From Paraspadella gotoi (taxonomy: Eukaryota > Animalia > Chaetognatha): 6,018 bases of DNA. Both the position numbers and the translations under genes were made by a program. A model generated the notes under the pieces. The model made no database searches, was not told the origin of the DNA, and saw nothing but the letters and a program-made list of their open reading frames with translations. Shown here piece by piece: positions 1-6,018 of this stretch. The stretch is from contig JBJCIZ010001259.1 of assembly GCA_051294375.1 (NCBI GenBank), positions 1-6,018 of the forward strand, given 5' to 3'. The first letter of the stretch is position 1. The number at the start of each line of letters is the position of its first letter.

Positions 1-57
1 AGAGAGAAATGCGTGAAAATGGGTGAAGAGAGGAGTGAAACAGTGAAATGATGGAGC

Positions 58-265
58 CTTTTCTGTCTTTCTTATCTGCTCCTTTTCTTTAATTCTTCTT
101 CTATCTATCTTATACTTCTCTCCTTCTTATCCTTTCCTTTTTTTTTCCTCTCTTTCTATCCTATCTAATCCTTTTTCCTCCTTCTTCTTCTTTCTTCTTT
201 TTTTCTTTTCATCTTCTTTCTTTGTTTGTTTCCTTCTTTGTTACTTTGTTTATTTCTTTATCTTC
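58..265. repeat. Low-complexity pyrimidine-rich (T/C) tract
   Basis: Almost exclusively T/C with TTC, TTTC and CTAT-like micro-repeats, read directly from the sequence. Confidence 0.85.
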
Positions 266-464
266 AAAAAAATATAAACTAATTAGTCGACTACAGAGGA
301 CAAGCAGTAAAACAGTCAATGAGGCCAACAAAAACGTAATTTTATAGAAGTTAAAAGTTACTTTTGAATAAATCCAAATTGATTAAGTTAAAGTTGCTTA
401 GTTTCTATAAATTAATAGTAACAATAAGGTTTTATTCATTGATAAGAAAGAAGAGAAAGTGAGC

Positions 465-504
465 TGACGTCAAAGAATTAGGCTTTCTATAGGTGAGCCA
501 ATCA
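465..504 (+). promoter_or_regulatory. CRE/ATF palindrome plus NF-Y-type CCAAT box (candidate regulatory element)
   Basis: TGACGTCA at 465-472 and AGCCAATCA at 496-504, at the start of a GC/CpG-richer island (~460-690). Motif match only. Confidence 0.3.
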
Positions 505-1188
505 CCGGGGAGTGAATAGTTGAGCCAAGTGAAGGGATGAGTGAAACATGAGTGAATGTAGGTCGTGTCCAGGGGGTGAACTGAGTGAAATGGTGATTCG
601 GCTCGTTTGTCTCGTGACGCGACTGGACTTCTGCCATCAAAAGCGAATCTGTCCGTCGATCCGTTGTTGTCGTGTCGTGTTTCGTTTCCCCTGATATATA
701 ATTCAGTGAAAATTAGGCTAAATTTAAGAAAAGATAAACAGTACTGTGAGAGAGCTTGATGAAAGTTCAGGACCATATGTAAATATCTTGCTAAGAGTGA
801 GGAGCCATTAAAAACACCAATACCTCCCTAAAAGATCAGGGGCAAAAATAGCTTATTTAGTGAAGAACAGATAAATTTTATAATTGGTTTTACAATTTAA
901 CTGAATGTGGCAGGGAAACTAAAAACATTTGTTATACTCTCTCAACACTCACGCTCTTCCTACCGTCGAAAGTTCTAGAGGCAAATCCTCCTCTAGTCGT
1001 GAAAATAAGATTATGAAACTGAAATCTTTTATAAGATGTTTTTTTTCCATGGGAAGATTTTTCTTTTTTTTCTTATTCAAATTTTCTATTTTTTCTTTAT
1101 AAGAAAAAAAAAGTTTTTTTATTAACTTGGCGAATTTTTATTTTTCTCTTCCTCGAAGCAATTTCTTCTTTTTTAATTTGAAAACGAC

Positions 1189-1242
1189 GAGAAGAGAGGA
1201 GAGAGAGACGAGATGAGAGAGAGAGAGAGAGAGAGAGAGGAG

Positions 1243-1275
<33 letters not shown>

Positions 1276-1303
1276 AGAGAGGAGAGAGAGACAGAAGACA
1301 GAA
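1189..1303. repeat. Imperfect (GA)n microsatellite
   Basis: Runs of GAGAGA interrupted by GG/AA. It explains the ER-repeat ORF 1213-1407 and the SL-repeat ORF 1173-1367. Confidence 0.95.
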
Positions 1304-1445
1304 GCGCGTCGTTATGGAGGGGAAAAACCCTCGTCGAATTAAAAATGCTAAAAGCGAAATTTTCCATTTATCCAGACTTTGAACTACGAAACGAAAATCT
1401 ACTATAATTGTGAGCCCGAACCCTCCTTTTCTTTCACTGGTGATT

Positions 1446-1535
1446 GAAGAGAGAGAGAAGAGAAGAGGAGAGAGAAGAGAAGAGAGAAGAGAAGAGAGAG
1501 AGAGAGAGTAGAAGAGAGAGAGAGAGAGAGAGAGA
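1446..1535. repeat. Imperfect (GA)n/(GAA)n microsatellite
   Basis: About 90 bp of nearly pure purine GA/GAA repeats. Confidence 0.95.
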
Positions 1536-1664
1536 CGTTATTTTTCCGAGAAGAACTTCCTTTCTTTTTAAACGTTTTCTTTTATTACTGCGTCAGGTTG
1601 TAATATAATTATCTCAGTTTTATAACTTTTTATGGCGAAATAGTGCTCGTGGTTGTCGGTCCGT

Positions 1665-1696
1665 TATAAAGGAGGAGTTGAGCCCCGACATCATTA
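1665..1696 (+). promoter_or_regulatory. Possible TATA + Inr-like core promoter
   Basis: TATAAAG at 1665-1671 in GC-richer flanks. TCATTA at 1691-1696 is one mismatch from the arthropod Inr TCAKTY, with its A 28 nt after the TATA start. GA repeats lie upstream. Confidence 0.2.
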
Positions 1697-2018
1697 TGTT
1701 TTCTTCTGTCTCTCTACCATTACGCGCATATTTATTTAACTTTTTTACTATGAAGAGTAAAAGAGAACATTAACATTATTCTTGATATTTCAAAATATAT
1801 ATAAATAATTCTAAAAAAAAATTTTTTTTGTCTTTTCACTAAAAAAAAAATATGAAAAATAAGTAGAGTTATCCAAAATCAAAATTCAATTGATGTACAG
1901 AGTTTGTTAACATAAAGCATAAAAAAACAATTATTAGTAATTAATAATTAATAATCTCATCCGTTACCAAATCGACAAATTAATTATTAATCGACAATTA
2001 AATTTTTTTTTTGGGGGT

Positions 2019-2306
2019 GTGGGAGAAATCGCCCCCCCCGAAAGTAACCAAACCCTCCAAACTTCCCAGAAAGTCGCCCCGAAAGTAACCCAAACCCCTC
2101 CTTCTAACATCCCCACCAGCCCTGGAAACCTTCAAGAGGAACCCGGTCCAAATTCCCGGAGAATCATGAGAATGCTTGAAGGCGTAATGACGAAGCTGGC
2201 CTCGGATCTGGTCTCCCCAAGGCGGAGGAATTCCAAGAGCTGTTGAGGGAAATGCAAGAGAGAGACAAACCAAGAGCAAATAGGGAGAAGGAACAAAGCG
2301 TAACAG
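2019..2306 (+). pseudogene. Frameshifted coding-like segment (P/T/S-rich linker, then an E/Q/R-rich helical stretch); exon with sequence errors or gene relic, product unknown
   Basis: Abrupt GC rise at 2013. ORF 2019-2246 reads ...RRIMRMLEGVMTKLASDLVS. An overlapping frame open 2180-2323 reads ...KAEEFQELLREMQERDKPRANREKEQ. One indel (e.g. in the C-run 2215-2218) would join them. The segment ends at CAG|GTGAG (GT at 2307). Confidence 0.35.
2024..2101 (+). repeat. Two-copy ~35-bp direct repeat (period ~44 bp)
   Basis: AGAAATCGCCCCCCCCGAAAGTAACCAAACCCTCC (2024-2058) vs AGAAAGTCGCCCCGAAAGTAACCCAAACCCCTCC (2068-2101). Differences are mostly homopolymer lengths. Confidence 0.85.
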
Positions 2307-3215
2307 GTGAGAGCACTGGTGAGTAAGGGTCGGGTGAGAGTAACGGGTTTCGGTGATAAATGGTTCGGGTGAGTAATGGTATTGGGTGAGTAAGGGTACA
2401 GAGCAATAGGGAGAGGAACAAGAGTGGGAAACAGAGGTGAGCTACTGGGTGAAGTAAGGGTTTCGAGTGAGTAAGGTTTCGGTGATAAGGGTTTTGGAAT
2501 AGTAATGGATTGGGTGAGTAAGGTATCAGGCAAAAGGAGAAGGAAAAAAGCGGGAGCAGGTGAAGGCCACTGGGTGATAACGGTTCGGTGAGTAAAGGGT
2601 TCGCGGTGAGTAATGGTTTCGGTTAGTAATGGTATTGGTGACGTAAGGGTATCATGAAGCAAAAAGGGAGAAGGAACAAGTGGAAACAGGTGAGGCTATC
2701 TGGGTGAGTAAAGGGTTTCGGGTGAGTAATGTTTCGGGTGATAAGGGTATTGGGTTAGTAACGGTTATGGTGAGTAAAGGATATCAAGAGCAAAGGGAGA
2801 AGGAACAAGAGCGGGAGCAGGTGAGGCATACGGTAGTAAGAGTTTCGGGTGACACATGTTCGGAGAGTAAGGGTTTTGGGTTAGTAAAGTATGGGTGATA
2901 AGGCGTATCAGAGCAAAGGGAAAGGAACAAGGAGCGGGAGCAGGTGAGGACTACTGGTGATAAGGGTCTTCCGGTGAGCATAATGGTTTTCGGGTGAGTA
3001 AAGGGTTCTTGGGTGAGATACATGGTAATCGAGTGAGTAAGGGTATCACCGAAGCAAAAGGGAGAAGAAACCAAGAGCGGGAGCAGGTGAGGCTACTGGG
3101 TGAGTAAAGGGTTCGGGTGAGTAATGGGTTTCGGGTGAGTAAGCGGTTTGGGTTAGTAATGAATGGGTAAGTAAGGCTATCAATAGCAAAGGGAGAAGGA
3201 ACAAGAGCGGGACAG
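2274..3215 (+). repeat. Higher-order tandem repeat, ~130-bp unit x ~7.25 (44-bp head + five ~17-bp subunits)
   Basis: Unit starts at ~2274, 2401, 2529, 2656, 2788, 2911, 3051 and 3184 (partial). By-eye consensus: GAGCAAAGGGAGAAGGAACAAGAGCGGGAGCAGGTGAGGCTACT-GGGTGAGTAAGGGTTTC-GGGTGAGTAATGGTTTC-GGGTGAGTAAGGGTTTT-GGGTTAGTAATGGTATT-GGGTGAGTAAGGGTATCA(A). Confidence 0.95.
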
Positions 3216-3720
3216 AAAAGAAAAAAAAAAGGAAAAAGAAAATAAAAAGGGGGAAAACTCGGTGACTCGAATAAGCAAAAAGCCGATGAGTGAAGTTGAG
3301 CCACAAAACTTTTGCATAATCATTTCGAAAAAAAACCGCAGACGTGTACCCTCGATCTTCCAATCGATCAACCGAAAACGTTGGGTTTTTTTTTTCCAAA
3401 AAAGCTCTCTTCGTCGTGGTGTGGTCAAAAATTCTCTTATTAATAAGGTTTATTCGTTGATTTAATTCTTACTAATTGTCGTCCATTTATTGATTAATTG
3501 AAATAAAAAAAACTACGAACGACCAAAGAAATGGAACTAAATCACGAACGAAAAAAAGGGATGAAAACAATAAAACAGACGAAAAATAAAATCAAATGAA
3601 TGAAAACCCTCAATGAGAGAAGAATTTGACGTCGTAATTTATTCATCAAGCACTTCATCTAATAATCATTCATTCATTCCATATCAGTTATTCAATTATA
3701 TACTCAATTAATTCCTTCAG

Positions 3721-3763
3721 AATAATCAGACTCATCCAAGCGAACGGCGACGACAGCTCCGAG
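3721..3763 (+). CDS. Candidate 43-nt internal exon (x-IIRLIQANGDDSSE), product unknown
   Basis: Preceded by TTCCTTCAG (acceptor-like, ends 3720), GC-richer than its flanks, open reading, followed by GAG|GTACAT (weak donor). Confidence 0.25.
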
Positions 3764-3944
3764 GTACATGTTAAATAATTTGTACATTGTGTAGTACACA
3801 TGTTATTCTAAAAATTATTTTAACAAAACAATACAATTGAAATTAAGTCAACATAAACAGAAATAAGTCTGAGCTTAAAAAAAAAAACTAACAAAAGGGT
3901 TGGTAAATGACGACCTATTTTTCCCTCGAGGGTCGAGATGGAAG

Positions 3945-3996
3945 CCATCTGTAATCCATCTCTAATCCACTCTCGTCCTCTAATCCATCTTTAGTC
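3945..3996. repeat. Short degenerate ~11-bp repeat (CCATCTCTAAT) x ~4
   Basis: CCATCTGTAAT CCATCTCTAAT CCACTCTCGTCCTCTAAT CCATCTTTAGT. Confidence 0.7.
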
Positions 3997-4261
3997 TCTA
4001 TCTACGAGTCGATCTCCAGCCTCGCATAGTCACTCATAACCTAATATCATAGATCTTCCTACATCTTTCTAATTCGTTTCTATTTCTTTCTTTTTTTTCT
4101 TCCTCGATTATCTGGTTTGTGATTTGAGTATTTTTTATTGAGCGACTCTATGAGTCACTTTTCAGCTCGGTCGGGTCGGTAATTTCTTCCAACTTAGTTA
4201 AAAAGGCCTTAAAATTTCGGTAATTGCTTTTACAAATTAAGTTCATATTTGAATGAAAGGT

Positions 4262-4866
4262 AAGGCATTAAATGTGCAGATTAAGAGTAGCAAAAATATC
4301 AAAATCAAGTAGAATCAAAAATATCGAAATAGTACATCATGCAACACTGATGTATAATTTTTAATTTTAAATTTCCAAATTTTCAATATACCCTATTTAT
4401 GCATAATAAACTTTACCATAAAAAAGTTAATCTTAAAATAGATTTTTGAAAGCAGATTCGAATCTCACGAAAAGTATAAAAAAAGAAATATAACATCTTT
4501 TTAGAAAATTATCTTCAATATAAGTGGGTCAATCCCAAAAAACTGTTAGAGTTAACCTATAATTTAATTTTAGTATAAAAAATATATTTTTAAAAATTTT
4601 TAGCTAACTTAATGAAAGATTTTTTGATTAAGACTTATATTTTCTTTTATCAACTTTTTATGAGTAATTCGAATCCTGCCTACAAAACTAAAAAAAAAAA
4701 ACTATTTTAAAATTTTGACATTTTTTATAGTAAGTACTATGTATAAATATGGGCGTATGCGAAAATTGAGAAATTATTTTTTTTTTCTATATCATTGTTC
4801 GTTAGTACAAGACTGTTCAATGAACTGCAACTTTCACTTCGCCTTAGTGCACATATATAATACTTT
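4262..4866. mobile_element. Degenerate foldback / MITE-like non-autonomous DNA transposon relic (long inverted repeat)
   Basis: Core arms ~4343-4525 and ~4607-4799 align as reverse complements in collinear blocks. Examples: GCAGATTCGAATCTCA (4452-4467) vs revcomp of TGAGTAATTCGAATCCTGC (4661-4679), and ATCTTCAATATAAGT (4511-4525) vs revcomp of ACTTAATGAAAGAT (4607-4620). An outer pair ATGTGCA (4272-4278) / TGCACAT (4848-4854) lies on the same axis (~4565). No ORF; termini and TSD not resolved. Confidence 0.75.
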
Positions 4867-5370
4867 TGAAGTCTCGTGATAAAATTGATAACACGACCCA
4901 AAATCTAATGCAGCTTATATTTGGTGGCTCTTTTGTTATTTTTTCGCGGAGCGGGAAGGAACCGCAAATCAAAGCGACTGTTAGCGACACCTTTTGTTTT
5001 TAAAGAATATTAAGAATAAAAGACGTTGTCCGACGGAAATACACGCGATGAGAAGTTCAGTGCGGCGCAACACGCATTGGAATCTCCGTTCTTGTTTTTC
5101 TAATTGCATCGTTCTTTGCCATTTCTAATATGTTTTATTTGTTTTTGTGTAAAATCGCAAGATTGTTTGTTTTACTATGTTAGACTTTAAAATTTTATAT
5201 TAAAATTTAAAAAATAAATGTAAAAAAATTTTAAATTTCGCTATATATTAGATTTAATTATATTCTTTAATAAGTTATAATTCTTTTGATATGGTAAATG
5301 GGGAGAGGGATGTTAGTGTTTGTCTTTAGGAAATAGAGGGAGCATCTATACAGAACAATATAATTTCTGT

Positions 5371-6018
5371 ATTTTTTTCGTTTTATTTTTAGTTTGTTTT
5401 TTTTTTTTTCTTTATATTTTTCTTTCGCTTTTCCTTATTCATTTTTTCTCATCCTCTTTTTCCTTATCGAAGGTCCAAGAAAGGGGATTCAGTGAACTCT
5501 GCGAGGGAAATTTGTCTCGATCAATTCTTTTTGTTTTTTCTTTCGTTTTTTTTTTTTTCCCGCCTTCATTTTCTTTTTTGTTTATCTTTCTTTCTTTCTA
5601 TCTATATTTCAATGTGTTTTTTTGTCTTTATTTTGTTATTTCTGTCTTTCTTTCTTTTATTTTTTTTTCTTTCGTTTTTTTAATCTTTCATTTTCTTTTG
5701 ACTTTTTATTTTCTTCTTTCTTTGTGTCTTTTCCTTTATTTTCTTCTTNNNNNNNNNNNNNNNNNNNNNNNNNNNNNNNNNNNNNNNNNNNNNNNNNNNN
5801 NNNNNNNNNNNNNNNNNNNNNNNNNNNNNNNNNNNNNNNNNNNNNNNNNNNNNNNNNNNNNNNNNNNNNNNNNNNNNNNNNNNNNNNNNNNNNNNNNNNT
5901 CATTTTTTCTTTCTATTTATCTTACGATCTCTTCTTCTTGATTTCTTTCTTTCTTTTTTTTGCATCACATTACTTTGAATTCTCTTTCTCTATCTTTCAT
6001 TTTTCATACGTTTTCTTC
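5371..6018. repeat. T-rich / TTTC low-complexity tract (interrupted by a ~55-bp mixed island and an N gap)
   Basis: Poly-T and TTTC/TTC runs. Explains the Phe/Leu/Ser-rich ORFs 5492-5683 and 5622-5978. Confidence 0.9.
5749..5899. other. Assembly gap (151 N)
   Basis: Run of N characters. Confidence 1.

Noticed and set aside
432-776. 114-aa minus-strand ORF
   Set aside because: No recognisable domain; it overlaps the GTGAA motif cluster and likely arises by chance in a GC-richer island.
1173-1407. ORFs 1213-1407 (+) and 1173-1367 (-)
   Set aside because: Translations of the GA microsatellite (ER and SL dipeptides).
1970-2002. AATCGACAA(A)TTAA duplicated just left of the GC block, as a possible TSD
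   Set aside because: Both copies are on the same side of the block; no copy is seen at the right border.
2300-3180. True telomeric array
   Set aside because: Internal position, higher-order structure with purine-rich heads, and no canonical TTAGG/TTAGGG tandem run.
2274-3215. CRISPR array (conserved ~40-bp heads at regular spacing)
   Set aside because: Intervening segments are ~86 bp and are copies of each other rather than unique spacers; no cas genes; eukaryotic context.
2132-3428. Overlapping minus-strand ORFs (176, 85, 96, 117, 117, 82 aa) and + ORF 2680-2898
   Set aside because: The C-rich strand of the repeat is stop-poor, so several frames are open at once. The peptides drift between repeat frames and resemble no family I recognise.
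4141-4159. Small hairpin AGCGACTC-TAT-GAGTCACT containing AP-1 motif TGAGTCA
   Set aside because: Too short and isolated to exceed chance; no terminator or ncRNA context.
4944-5090. CpG-rich patch as a possible tRNA/SINE/ncRNA
   Set aside because: No cloverleaf, A/B boxes or convincing stem found by eye.
5492-5978. Hydrophobic Phe-rich ORFs
   Set aside because: Poly-T low complexity; one spans the N gap.

Overview
AT-rich eukaryotic-looking DNA, mostly non-coding (intronic or intergenic). Frequent CpG dinucleotides, GA microsatellites and long pyrimidine tracts suggest an invertebrate such as an insect (inference only). I recognise no named gene, RNA gene or CRISPR array, and most listed ORFs are by-products of repeats. 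Two structures stand out. (1) A GC-richer block at ~2013-3215: a frameshifted, coiled-coil-like coding stretch runs into ~7.25 copies of a ~130-bp two-tier repeat. Each copy is a 44-bp purine-rich head reading EQREKEQEREQ and containing CAG|GTGAG, followed by five ~17-bp GGGTGAGTAAKGGTWTY subunits. It resembles a tandemly amplified exon/5'-splice-site junction, but its scattered indels also resemble unpolished long-read sequence. (2) A degenerate ~600-bp foldback/MITE-like inverted repeat at ~4262-4866. There are also small motif clusters, weak micro-exon candidates and a 151-N assembly gap.
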